In this document: piece after piece, positions 51,001-58,952 of the stretch
How the letters are laid out: each line of letters starts with the position of its first letter
Numbering within the stretch: position 1 is the stretch's first letter
Assembly: GCA_035535195.1 (NCBI GenBank)
Contig: DATLQK010000026.1
Coordinates: 42,408-106,407 of the forward strand
Direction of reading: 5' to 3'
DNA: 64,000 nucleotides
From: Gaiellaceae bacterium
GTDB taxonomy: Bacteria; Actinomycetota; Thermoleophilia; Gaiellales; Gaiellaceae
The notes under the pieces: model-generated
The model's database searches: none
Told to the model about the DNA's origin: nothing
Seen by the model: the letters and a program-made list of their open reading frames with translations, nothing else
Program-made: the position numbers and the translations under genes

Positions 51001-51780
51001 CGCTCGCGCGGGCGCAGACGGCGGCTTCCTTGACGGCGGGGCGTCGAGAGCGGAGTCGTGCCGGAGGATCGCGGCCTCGAGCCGCTTCAGCTCCGGCCAG
51101 GGCTCGATCCCGAGCTCGCCGACGAGCCGCTCGCGGCTCCGGTGGTACACCTTGAGCGCCTCGGCCTGCCGACCCGCCCGATAGAGGCCGAGCATCAGGA
51201 GCGCCGTGGGGCGCTCGCGCAGCGGGTACTCTGCGGCGAGAGCCTCGAGGTCGGCGACTAGCTGGGCATGACGGCCGAGGTCGAGCTCGGCTTCGAGCTG
51301 CTCTTCACGAGCGGCGGCGCGGAGTTCTTCGAGTCGGCCCGCCTCGGCCGCCGCGAACGGACCGAGCTCGACGTCGGCGAGTGGTTCGCCCCGCCAGAGT
51401 GCGAGCGCCGCTCCAAGCAGCCGGACCCGTTCGTCGGGGCCGACGGCTGCCCGTGCATCGTCGACGGCGGCCTCGAACCGCCGGGCGTCGACGGCCTCGG
51501 GCTTGAGCGCGAGCGCGTAGCCGGGCGCCTGAGTGACGAGGACCTGCGGCGAGAGCGACTTCCGGAGATCGGAGATCACGTTCTGAAGCGAAGCCACGGC
51601 CGTCTTCGGCGGGCGCTCACCCCAGAGCTCGTCGATGATCCGATCCCTCGAGATCACCTCTCCCGGCCGCATGGCGAGCAAGGCCAGCACCGCCCGCTGC
51701 TTGCTGCGGCGCAGCTCGAGGCGGCCGGCCGCAACGTCCACCTCGAGCGGCCCGAGCAGGCGCACCTCGACGAGGGACAT
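48031..51780 (-). CDS. SARP(OmpR-wHTH + BTAD) - class III nucleotide cyclase - STAND P-loop ATPase - TPR regulator, copy 1
   Basis: 1249 aa. MSLVEVRLLGPLEV...LALWRGEPLADV...LYRAGRQAEALKVY is the SARP/BTAD part. Cyclase: RKTVTVLFADVVDST...EKFIGDAVMAAFGIPSVHEDDALRAV...RVGVNTGEV...GTAVNVAVRLE. ATPase: VVTVVGDPGVGKTRLL. The roughly 500-aa C-terminus is helical-repeat. Confidence 0.85.
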   Translation of the reverse strand: MSLVEVRLLGPLEVDVAAGRLELRRSKQRAVLALLAMRPGEVISRDRIIDELWGERPPKTAVASLQNVISDLRKSLSPQVLVTQAPGYALALKPEAVDARRFEAAVDDARAAVGPDERVRLLGAALALWRGEPLADVELGPFAAAEAGRLEELRAAAREEQLEAELDLGRHAQLVADLEALAAEYPLRERPTALLMLGLYRAGRQAEALKVYHRSRERLVGELGIEPWPELKRLEAAILRHDSALDAPPSRKPPSAPARAEDRRKTVTVLFADVVDSTALGGSLDPEVLRTLMLRYFEVAQRVIERHGGTVEKFIGDAVMAAFGIPSVHEDDALRAVRAARELRDAIDAVNGEQPAAFLQIRVGVNTGEVLAADPASQGSYATGTAVNVAVRLEEAAMPGEILLGEATHRLVSYAVDAEAIEGVDLGGALGHAKAFRLLEVGTVPRPLGHASFVGREDELAFLRAAVAGVRAERRSRVVTVVGDPGVGKTRLLSELFASLGGDERALTGRCAAYGDGATFLPLAEIVAEAAPSRPAETIAALLGADEQATVIAQRVTQLTGDAEGAASTGEIFWAVRRFLEALAAEGALVVALEDVHWAEPTLLDLLEYLAAWPAEAPLLLVCLARPELLEQRPRWGSGRQSLVLEPLEPEAACLVLDQLAPAELPSRDRQRIVRIAEGNPLFLEQLLALADEVGPDAVTRVPPSVEAILAARLDRIERSERALLERAAVVGRECPWKAILQLTPPEELNGVDARLLNLVRRGLLLVERSGSEDAFRFKHVLVRDVAYAGMTKESRIGAHELYADWLDQVAAAPDELVGYHLEQASRYRQELMPGDEHGVALGRRAASLLAAAGRRAPARADWPGAAALLSRAVAVLAELDPERVRLLPDLARAVGLCGDFRRELALLDEAVERAEAAGDRRTRSYAVLYRDHARTRVDPAFSVAAAEAEAREALRVFEEIGDADGRARAWARLAHCQWFSGHHVKARLAAERTLAQALSVGDEALEAESRGLIGNTLLNGPDPLDELFAYAEQLTEPGHRRLLTLLARAHAMRGDFTTARRLIGQDIAAFEEVGSAFAAVQSAGEGFAIIEMLAGDLAAAERYLTESFQALTEAGETGHRSSVAARLARALSAQGRHEEAERLTHVSEETASPDDYLSQILWRSTRGRALAGQGRVGEGERFAREAVAIAGGTDDVNLRADTLAVLAEVRPDEAAVLIEEALRLYEEKGNIVSAGRARARQGQLSPAV

Positions 51781-51872
51781 CCGTTCAATTGAACACCCGA
51801 GTCAGTAGGACTTACAACTCCGGATGAGTGCCGTGTGAGTGCGGTGTGATCGCCGACTGCGACCGTGGACGC

Positions 51873-52043
51873 ATGAGCTTGGCCGAGGAAGCGCAGCGGT
51901 ATCTCGCAGTGGTGGAGGCCTTCCGCGCCGCCGGGTGTGCGCCCCGGTGGCGAGCGGAAGCATGCGGCGACGCCGCCCGGCGGCCTGCGAGCACCGCTGC
52001 GCTGAAGCGGGCCGCCCCACCCGTCCCGAGGAGAAGGCACTAG
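51873..52043 (+). CDS. conserved 56-aa protein S1, partner of regulator copy 1
   Basis: MSLAEEAQRYLAVVEAFRAAGCAPRWRAEACGDAARRPASTAALKRAAPPVPRRRH. It has the same length as the 60716..60886 product, and 18 of the first 26 residues are identical. It is divergent from the regulator. Confidence 0.5.
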   Translation: MSLAEEAQRYLAVVEAFRAAGCAPRWRAEACGDAARRPASTAALKRAAPPVPRRRH

Positions 52044-52106
52044 AAAGCCGGGGAGGGGCCGCGGACGGCGAGCCGGATGCGGCCTCCGGCTCGCCGCATT
52101 CTACGA

Positions 52107-53648
52107 CTAGGCCGTCGGTCCGGGCGACTGTCGCCACCACCCGAACAACCGACGGAGATCCCGGCCGTATGCCGCCGAGTAGATGTCCCGCCGGGCATCG
52201 GTCCACTCCATGCCCGCCCAGCCGTTCCGCCGATAGCAGAGAAACCGTCCACTTGACGTGTCACCGCGGCGGAGCCGGTCACTGTGTCCGGTTTCCCCCG
52301 CGGGTTTCCAGGCACCGATCGCCTGTGAGTCCGGACCGCACCGCGCTAGAGCGCGGACAGGCTCCCCCGGCGTTGCCAGTTGCTCGCCGAATGCCTGTTC
52401 TAGGAAGTACGCGCGCATCCGGTTGCCGCTCTTGGCGAGGTTGTACTCGACTCGATCCACCTCGCGCGTCCCGAGCCGGCACAGCATCCGAGAGTCGAAG
52501 TCCGGCGTCAGCGGCTCGGTCGGCCGGCAACGGCCCCGAATAGGGGCCGGAATTCGTTGCAACAGAATCTCATCGTTCAGCGTGAGCGTCGTGCCTTCGG
52601 CAGCGATCACTTGCGGCTCGTCACCGATCACGGCGTACGCAATGGCCCCCACAGCGCCCGCGACGAGTAGGGCGCCCAAGATCCCGAGTGCCGGAAGGAG
52701 ACGCGGAGCATTCCTGCTGCGGCGCGGCTGCCGCACGGTCGTTGGCACAGGGGCTTCGCCATTGACCTCGCCGACAGTCCTTCCCGCGTACGTCGCCGCA
52801 GCCGCGGAGCCGAGGACATGCCGTAGGGCGGCGACCAACTCCCGACAGGAGCCGTACCGCTGTTCCGGGTCCTTCGCCATCGCCTTCGCGAGCACGCCGT
52901 CGACCTCGCGCGGGAGGTCGGGCCGGAGCTCCGACAGCAGCGGCGGCTCCTCGCGCATGTGCGCCCACAGCACCGCGACCTCGGTCTCCCGGCGGAAGGG
53001 CGTCGCTCCGGCGAGTGACTCGAAGATCACGCAACCGAGCGAGTAGATGTCGGTCCGGGCGTCGACCTCCCGACCTTCGATCTGCTCCGGCGACATGTAG
53101 TCGATCGTCCCGACGAACTGACCGGACGCGGTGATCCCGCTTCTCGACTCGAGATGCTTGGTCAGGCCGAAGTCGGCGAGATAGGCGATCGGCGGTGCGT
53201 CCGGCTCACCGGGCTCGACAAGGATGTTCGCCGGCTTGACGTCGCGGTGGAGCAGTCCCCTCGCGTGCGCCACGTCGAGAGCGCTGCCGACCTGCGCCGC
53301 GACCGCGATCGCGTGGTCCGGCGCGAGCGGGCCGTCCCGCCGGAGCTGCGCCTTCAGGTCGCCCTCGACCCAGCGCATCGCGATGTAGAGGACGCCCTCC
53401 CAATCGCCTGCGTCGTAGATCGGGACGATGTTCGGGTGGTTGAGGGAAGCCGCGGTCCGCGACTCTCGCACGAAACGCTCGCGGAAGCTCTCGTCCTCGG
53501 CGAGCTCCTCCGCCAGGAGCTTGAGCGCGACCTTGTTTCCCAGGCGAACGTTCTCGGCCCGGTAGACGACGCTCATCCCACCGCGTCCGAGAAGGGACTC
53601 GATCCGATACCCGGCGAACTCCGTGCCGATCCGCGGCACAACCGCCAT
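52107..53648 (-). CDS. transmembrane Ser/Thr protein kinase with extracytoplasmic C-terminal domain
   Basis: 513 aa. Hanks motifs GRGGMSVVYRA, VALK, HRDVKPANIL, DFGLTK, YMSPEQ. TM helix LLPALGILGALLVAGAVGAIAYAVIG. The roughly 175-aa external domain is unassigned. Confidence 0.88.
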   Translation of the reverse strand: MAVVPRIGTEFAGYRIESLLGRGGMSVVYRAENVRLGNKVALKLLAEELAEDESFRERFVRESRTAASLNHPNIVPIYDAGDWEGVLYIAMRWVEGDLKAQLRRDGPLAPDHAIAVAAQVGSALDVAHARGLLHRDVKPANILVEPGEPDAPPIAYLADFGLTKHLESRSGITASGQFVGTIDYMSPEQIEGREVDARTDIYSLGCVIFESLAGATPFRRETEVAVLWAHMREEPPLLSELRPDLPREVDGVLAKAMAKDPEQRYGSCRELVAALRHVLGSAAAATYAGRTVGEVNGEAPVPTTVRQPRRSRNAPRLLPALGILGALLVAGAVGAIAYAVIGDEPQVIAAEGTTLTLNDEILLQRIPAPIRGRCRPTEPLTPDFDSRMLCRLGTREVDRVEYNLAKSGNRMRAYFLEQAFGEQLATPGEPVRALARCGPDSQAIGAWKPAGETGHSDRLRRGDTSSGRFLCYRRNGWAGMEWTDARRDIYSAAYGRDLRRLFGWWRQSPGPTA

Positions 53649-53697
53649 GTCGCCGGTTGTAACACAGTTCTGACAGCGGTTCTATCCTCGGTGGCCG

Positions 53698-54537
53698 ATG
53701 TCGAGGCAGCCGCCGCCGACCCCCAGAGCCGGCATGCGCCTCGGCCCGTACCTGCTCGAGAGTGTCCTCGGCGAGGGCAGCATGGGCATCGTCTTCCGAG
53801 CGAGCCACGAGAACGGAACCGTCGTCGCCCTCAAGGTGCTCCGGCCGGAGCTTTCGCACGACGACGGGTACCGCCGACGATTCGAACGGGAAGGCCGCAT
53901 CGCGTCTGGCCTTGCCCACCGGCACCTCGTCGAGGTCGTGGACACGGGCGAGGCCGACGGCTGGACCTATCTGGCGTCGCGCTACGTCGCCGGCGAGTCG
54001 CTCGCCGAGCGTCTCGGCCGCGAAGGGCCTATGCCCGTCGACGAGGTGGTGCGGCTGGCCGGCGAGGTCGGCACCGCCCTCGACACGCTTCACGCGAGCG
54101 AGCTCGTCCACCGCGATGTGAAGCCGTCGAACGTGATGCTGGCGGAGAGCGGCGCCGAGCTCACCGACTTCGGCGTCGCCCGAGGGACCGCCGACACTGT
54201 GCTCACGGCGCCGGGACGGGTGGTCGGAACGCTGGACTACCTGGCGCCCGAGGTCATCCGGGGGCAGCCGGCCGAGGCCCCCGCAGACGTCTATGCGCTC
54301 GGGTGCCTTCTGTACGAGTGCATCGCGGGACAGCCTCCATTCGGGTCCCGGCCGTTCGCCGAGGCCGCTGTCGCGCACCTGTCGGAGGAGCCACCCGACC
54401 CCTCCCCCACTCGCGGCGACCTCCCGCGCCAGTTCTGGACCGCGCTGCGGCACGGGCTGGCCAAGGATCCCGACGACCGCCCGCCGACGGCCACCGCCTA
54501 CGCGCTCATGCTCCGGGTCTCAGCGCGACCGAGCTAG
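53698..54537 (+). CDS. soluble Ser/Thr protein kinase (kinase domain only)
   Basis: 279 aa. GEGSMGIVFRA, VALKVL, HRDVKPSNVM, DFGVAR, YLAPEV. No TM segment. Confidence 0.85.
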   Translation: MSRQPPPTPRAGMRLGPYLLESVLGEGSMGIVFRASHENGTVVALKVLRPELSHDDGYRRRFEREGRIASGLAHRHLVEVVDTGEADGWTYLASRYVAGESLAERLGREGPMPVDEVVRLAGEVGTALDTLHASELVHRDVKPSNVMLAESGAELTDFGVARGTADTVLTAPGRVVGTLDYLAPEVIRGQPAEAPADVYALGCLLYECIAGQPPFGSRPFAEAAVAHLSEEPPDPSPTRGDLPRQFWTALRHGLAKDPDDRPPTATAYALMLRVSARPS

Positions 54538-54864
54538 CTCTGTCCTGATCTCCTCGAGCAGGCGCTCGATCCGGTCCGCCTGCGCGGCGAGCCGCTCCGC
54601 CGCACGCTCCAGCTTCCGCGTCGCCGCGTCCGACCCAGCGCGTCGGGGCTCGGGCTCGTCGGACACGAAGTAGCTCAGCGGCTTGCCCGTCGCCTCGGCG
54701 ACGAGACGGAGCACGTCGAGATCGGGTGTCGTCGCCCCACGCTCCCACCGGGAGACCGTGATCGGCTCGACCTCGACCTCTGAGGCGAGCTCTCGCTGCT
54801 TCCAGCCCCTTGCGGCGCGAGCCTGCCGAATCCGACCGCCGAGCTCCGGGTCTCTGGTCGCCAT
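54520..54864 (-). CDS. XRE-family helix-turn-helix regulator with coiled-coil tail
   Basis: 114 aa. LGGRIRQARAARGWKQRELASEVEVEPITVSRWERG is HTH_3-like. C-terminal heptads: RKLERAAERLAAQADRIERLLEEI. TATTCT lies 7 nt upstream of the ATG and there is no SD. Confidence 0.8.
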   Translation of the reverse strand: MATRDPELGGRIRQARAARGWKQRELASEVEVEPITVSRWERGATTPDLDVLRLVAEATGKPLSYFVSDEPEPRRAGSDAATRKLERAAERLAAQADRIERLLEEIRTELARSR

Positions 54865-54990
54865 AGACAGGAGAATAACAGATTAAGGCTAGTCTTTACC
54901 TAATCATTACAGAGCTAGTCTTGAATAATCATAACTTGCCTACTAATCTGGCTAGTCATTAAGTGGCTAGTTCCAGGAAGGAGGCGAGGG
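54865..54990. promoter_or_regulatory. AT-rich divergent promoter/operator island with four GCTAGT boxes
   Basis: About 37% G+C over 110 nt by hand count, in a roughly 70% GC genome. Boxes RGCTAGTY start at 54887, 54913, 54950 and 54965. The first two lie in a 26-nt direct repeat GCTAGTCTTnAnnTAATCATnAC. Sigma70-like pairs on the plus strand: TTGAAT-N17-TAATCT and TTGCCT-N17-TTAAGT. Confidence 0.55.
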
Positions 54991-55077
54991 ATGTTCCGCA
55001 AGCAGCTTTTCATTCTGCTCCTCAGCGTCGCAGGGGCGCTGTCGCTCGCGAACCTCGGTGGCGGCGGCGGGCCCTAG
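54991..55077 (+). CDS. 28-aa signal-peptide-like micro-ORF
   Basis: MFRKQLFILLLSVAGALSLANLGGGGGP. A strong SD, GGAAGGAGG, lies 6 nt upstream of the ATG. A 15-bp terminator hairpin follows 19 nt after the stop. It is below the track cut-off. Confidence 0.4.
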   Translation: MFRKQLFILLLSVAGALSLANLGGGGGP

Positions 55078-55095
55078 GCCGCCGCCGCACAGTGC

Positions 55096-55125
55096 GCACG
55101 GAGAGCCCGGCCGGGCTTTCCGTGC
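55096..55125. terminator. bidirectional hairpin between the micro-ORF and regulator copy 2
   Basis: GCACGGAGAGCCCGG/CCGGGCTTTCCGTGC: 15-nt complementary arms with one G-T wobble. It is 3 nt from the regulator stop (55129) and 19 nt from the micro-ORF stop. Confidence 0.5.
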
Positions 55126-55128
55126 TGT

Positions 55129-58100
55129 CTAAACAGCGCTCAGCTCGGCGAAAAGGGCTCTGGCCCGGCGTCCGGACGCGCTGTCTCCCTTCCGCTCGAA
55201 CAGTTCGAGCGCCTCCTCCACTCGACCGGCAGCAGGCATCGGCCGACCGCCAAGCCGGAGAACTTCGGCCACATCGAGCAACACGGCCCCGTGGTCGGAG
55301 ACCGCATCCGTGCTCTGGACGATGCGCAGGCCCTCGAGGACGAGCGCTTCACCTTCCTGCGTCCGCCCCTGATGCGCGAGCAGCTTGCCCTTCAGGCTCC
55401 TCCACGAGAACTGCGCGATGATGTCGCCCTTCGGACAGCGCCGCTCAGCAAGATCGCTCCAGTCCGCTGCCTCCGCGTAGCGGCCCTGGTCGTAGAGAGC
55501 CTGTCCGAGCCAGGCGGCGATCGTCGCAAGAGCGGTTTCGTCGTTCACGCGCTCGAAGGTCTCGCAGCACTCGCGGAAGACGGATTCGGCCGCCGCCGAG
55601 TCCCCGGCGAGGTCGTGGACGCGCCCTCGGATTCGCCCCGAGTTGTTCGCGAGCGAGTAGAGCTCACCGAGCTCGGTGTAGATCTCATCAGCCTTGTCGA
55701 GCGCGTCGAACGCCTCGTCGAACCGCTCCGCGAGCCCCTGGAGGCCGCCGAGAAAGACCAGCACCCCGGCTGACCCGGACAGATCGCTCGTTTCCTCGAG
55801 TAGCCGCTCGCAACGGTCGATTGCGGCGGGCACCGGTATCGGACCATGGAACAGGGCGGTCGCGAGCTCGGAGAGACACCCCGAGGGCGACCAGTCGGTC
55901 CGGCGGTAGTGGACGAGTGCACGCTCGGATGCCTCCATCCAGTCCGCACAGCGCCCCTCCATCGATCCGCGGACATAGCCGACGAGTCGCCACGCCCTGC
56001 CGAGAGCCCGGTCGTCAGCGTGCTCTTCGAAGACGGGTACGGCTTCGTCGAGCAGCGCAAGGAGGAGCGACGGATCGGCTTCGGGGTCGGTGAAGAGACG
56101 GCCGTACCCGAGCTCGATTCGCGCTCGCAGCGCGAGGCGCCGGTCGCCCGCGTTCTCGGCATCGCCGAGCGCTTCGGTCAATGCCTCGTCGCTCCCCTGC
56201 GCGTCGCCGAACCAGCGCCGGGCGATCCCGAGCTCGCAGAGCAGCTCCACCCGGTTGGCGTCCTGTCGCTCGAGCAGTGACGTGGCACGGCTCAGCAAGT
56301 TCATCGTCGCTCGAAGGTCCGCGCGCTTCCAGCTGCGCATTCCTGCAGCAGCCAGACGCCCTCCCGCCGCATCCGCCAGCGGACGGAGCCGCGGGTCCGC
56401 CGGCCGAAGCTCGGCCCAGTAGTCATGTGCCTGCTCGAGGTGGTAGCCGACGATCTCGTCTCTGCCGTCGCGCTGACCGAGCCACGTCCCGTACCGCTCG
56501 TGGAGGTCTGCCCGCGCGCTCTTCGTCATCCCCGCGTAAGCGACGTCCCTGATCAGCACGTGGTGGAAGTGCGCGTCCTCGTCGTCGCCTCGCAGTCCGC
56601 GGACCAAGCCTCGACGCGCGAGCGCCGCCAGCCTTCGGTCGAGCCCGGGGAGCGTCTCCGGCGGAGACAGCGCCACGAGGGCGCTCCGCGAGAAGTCGCG
56701 ACCGACGACCGCAGCGCGCTCGAGGAGCGCACGCTCGTCCGGCTCCAGGCGGTCGAGGCGGCCCGCGAGCAGCGCCTCAACGGTCGGCGGGACTGCCGCG
56801 AGCGACTCGGGGCCGGCGTCCTCGGCAAAGGCCAGCAACTGCTCGAGAAAGAGCGGGTTGCCTTCGGCGACGTGGACGATCCGGGACAGTGCCGTTTCGT
56901 CGAGATCCGCGCCGATATCAGCCACCAGCCGTTCGGACTCGTCGTCAGTCAGCGGCTCGAGTGCGAGCAGACCCTTCTCGCTGCCCCAGCCGGGTCGTTG
57001 CTCCAGGAGCTCGCTCCTGGCGAGACAGAGGACGAGCAGCGGTGCGTCGGCTCTCCAGGCGGCGAGGTACTCGATCAGGTCGAGGAGCGTCGGCTCGGCC
57101 CAGTGGATGTCCTCCAGGACGACGACGAGCGGCCGTCCGAGGGCCAAGGCTTCGAGGAACCGGCGCACCGCCCAGAACACCTCTCCCGTGGACGCGGCGC
57201 CCTCGGCGGGATCGGCCAGTTGCGCAACTCGCTCCGCGATCAGCGGCCCCTGGTCGTCGCCGAGGAACAGCCTGGCGATCGCCTCCCGCGGGCGCTCCGG
57301 GGCAGCTTCACGGACGATGTGGGCGAGCGGCAGGAAGGTCGCTCCCTGCCCGTAGGAGACGCAGCGGCCGACGAGCGCCCACGCGCCCGTGCTCGCCACG
57401 AACTCCTTCGCCAGCCGGCTCTTGCCCACGCCGCCGTCGCCGAGGACGGTGACGACACGACTATGCCGCTCGGCCTGGACGCCCGCGAACGCCGCTTGCA
57501 GCCATGCCAGCTCGCTCGTCCGCCCGACGAGCGTCGTGCCGACGAGCGGGCGGCTGGCTTCCACCACCTTCTGAAGCCGGAAGGCGGGAGCTCGGCCGAG
57601 GGCCGCTCCGACGTCGACCGGATCGACCGGCTCGCCTTGCGCCGTGTTGCGAACGAGCGCCCAGGTCGCCGCGCCGAGGAGAATCTCGCCCGGCAGCGCC
57701 GCCTCTTCTAGCCGCATGGCGACGTGCACCGGCCCGCCGGTGACGAATGCCGCTCCTGAGTCAGGATCGCTCGCCACCACCTCACCGGAGTTGACCCCGA
57801 CCCGCAATTGCAGGGCGATGCCGTGCGCCTCGGTGAGCTCCGAATTCAGCTCTTCGATGCTGTCGCGCAGGTCCACGGCCGCGCGCACCGCGCGCAACGC
57901 GTCGTCCTCGTGGACGGTGGGGACGCCGAAGACGGCCATCGCCGCGTCGCCGATGAACTTCTCGAGGACACCGCCGTGACGCTCCACGGCGCTCGTGACT
58001 GCGCCAAAATAGCGCCGCATCACACCGCCGAAGACCTCGGGATCCAGTCGCGCGGCGAGATCGGTCGAGTCGACGACGTCGGCGAAAAGGATCGTGACGC

Positions 58101-58857
58101 TCTTTCGTCGCTCGGGCTCCGCCGACACGGGAGCAGGGCCCTTCCCCGGCCCGACCGACGGGTCGTGCCGAAGGATCGCCTGCTCGAGCTCGTTGAGCTC
58201 GGCCGACGGCTCGAGCCCCAGCTCCTCGACGAGAATCGCACGCGTCTGGCGGTAGAGCTCGAGGGCGTCGGCCTGTCTGCCGGACCGGTAGAGGGCGAGC
58301 ATGAGCTGGGCGCGCGGCCGCTCGCGCAGCGGGTGCTCGGCGACGAACGCCTCCAGCTCAGGGACGAGGTGAGCGTGCCGTCCGGACGCCAACTCGGCGT
58401 CGAAGAGCTCTTCGCGGGCCGCCGTCTTGAGCTCTTCCAGCCGGGCGATCTCCATCGGCGCGAACGGCTCGTCGGCGACGTCGGCGAGGGCGGGGCCACG
58501 CCAAAGCTCGAGGGCCTCGCGGAGGTCGGTTCCTTCGCGGACGGCCCGTTCGAACCGATGGGCGTCCACGAACCGGGGGTCCAGCTCGAGCACGTAGCCG
58601 GGCGACCGTGTAACGAGGACGTCGGGGCCGATCAGCCTGCGAAGCTCGGAAACCAGGTTCTGCAGCGAGCCGACTGCGGATTTCGGAGGTGTCTCGCCCC
58701 AGAGCTCCTCCACGAGACGGTGGGTCGACACGACTTCGCCGGCGTGCAGCGCGAGCAGTGCGAGTAGCGCGCGCTGCTTCTTCCGGCGCACGGGGACCGG
58801 CTCGTGGTCGCGGGCAAGCGCAACCGGGCCGAGGAGTTTGACCTCGACAAGAGACAT
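55129..58857 (-). CDS. SARP(OmpR-wHTH + BTAD) - class III nucleotide cyclase - STAND P-loop ATPase - TPR regulator, copy 2
   Basis: From the ATG at 58857: MSLVEVKLLGPV...LELWRGPALADV...LYRSGRQADALELY. Cyclase: RKSVTILFADVVDST...EKFIGDAAMAVFGVPTVHEDDALRAV...RVGVNSGEV. ATPase: VVTVLGDGGVGKSRL. TPR-like C-terminus. It is collinear with copy 1. Confidence 0.85.
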   Translation of the reverse strand: MSLVEVKLLGPVALARDHEPVPVRRKKQRALLALLALHAGEVVSTHRLVEELWGETPPKSAVGSLQNLVSELRRLIGPDVLVTRSPGYVLELDPRFVDAHRFERAVREGTDLREALELWRGPALADVADEPFAPMEIARLEELKTAAREELFDAELASGRHAHLVPELEAFVAEHPLRERPRAQLMLALYRSGRQADALELYRQTRAILVEELGLEPSAELNELEQAILRHDPSVGPGKGPAPVSAEPERRKSVTILFADVVDSTDLAARLDPEVFGGVMRRYFGAVTSAVERHGGVLEKFIGDAAMAVFGVPTVHEDDALRAVRAAVDLRDSIEELNSELTEAHGIALQLRVGVNSGEVVASDPDSGAAFVTGGPVHVAMRLEEAALPGEILLGAATWALVRNTAQGEPVDPVDVGAALGRAPAFRLQKVVEASRPLVGTTLVGRTSELAWLQAAFAGVQAERHSRVVTVLGDGGVGKSRLAKEFVASTGAWALVGRCVSYGQGATFLPLAHIVREAAPERPREAIARLFLGDDQGPLIAERVAQLADPAEGAASTGEVFWAVRRFLEALALGRPLVVVLEDIHWAEPTLLDLIEYLAAWRADAPLLVLCLARSELLEQRPGWGSEKGLLALEPLTDDESERLVADIGADLDETALSRIVHVAEGNPLFLEQLLAFAEDAGPESLAAVPPTVEALLAGRLDRLEPDERALLERAAVVGRDFSRSALVALSPPETLPGLDRRLAALARRGLVRGLRGDDEDAHFHHVLIRDVAYAGMTKSARADLHERYGTWLGQRDGRDEIVGYHLEQAHDYWAELRPADPRLRPLADAAGGRLAAAGMRSWKRADLRATMNLLSRATSLLERQDANRVELLCELGIARRWFGDAQGSDEALTEALGDAENAGDRRLALRARIELGYGRLFTDPEADPSLLLALLDEAVPVFEEHADDRALGRAWRLVGYVRGSMEGRCADWMEASERALVHYRRTDWSPSGCLSELATALFHGPIPVPAAIDRCERLLEETSDLSGSAGVLVFLGGLQGLAERFDEAFDALDKADEIYTELGELYSLANNSGRIRGRVHDLAGDSAAAESVFRECCETFERVNDETALATIAAWLGQALYDQGRYAEAADWSDLAERRCPKGDIIAQFSWRSLKGKLLAHQGRTQEGEALVLEGLRIVQSTDAVSDHGAVLLDVAEVLRLGGRPMPAAGRVEEALELFERKGDSASGRRARALFAELSAV

Positions 58858-58952
58858 CTGTCTCAAATTGAACACCCTCGGCGCCTACGGCGCATAGACG
58901 CAGATGAGCCACGGGTGAGGGCTGCATGAGCGGCCGAGCGCAGCCTGGACGC

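Noticed and set aside
54991-55077. The micro-ORF ending in GGGGGP-stop, considered as a SecM/MifM-type force-sensing arrest peptide.
   Set aside because: At 28 residues the signal-like segment would still be inside the ribosomal exit tunnel at termination, so translocon pulling cannot act. No downstream gene on the same strand could be regulated, because a terminator follows.
48031-58857. The STAND-ATPase plus cyclase proteins, considered as an anti-phage system (Avs-like or Pycsar-like).
   Set aside because: The N-terminal module is a SARP DNA-binding domain rather than a nuclease, TIR or other effector. No cNMP-binding effector gene is adjacent. Nor are integrase, restriction or other defence genes. 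A transcription-regulatory role is the more economical reading, although it is untested.
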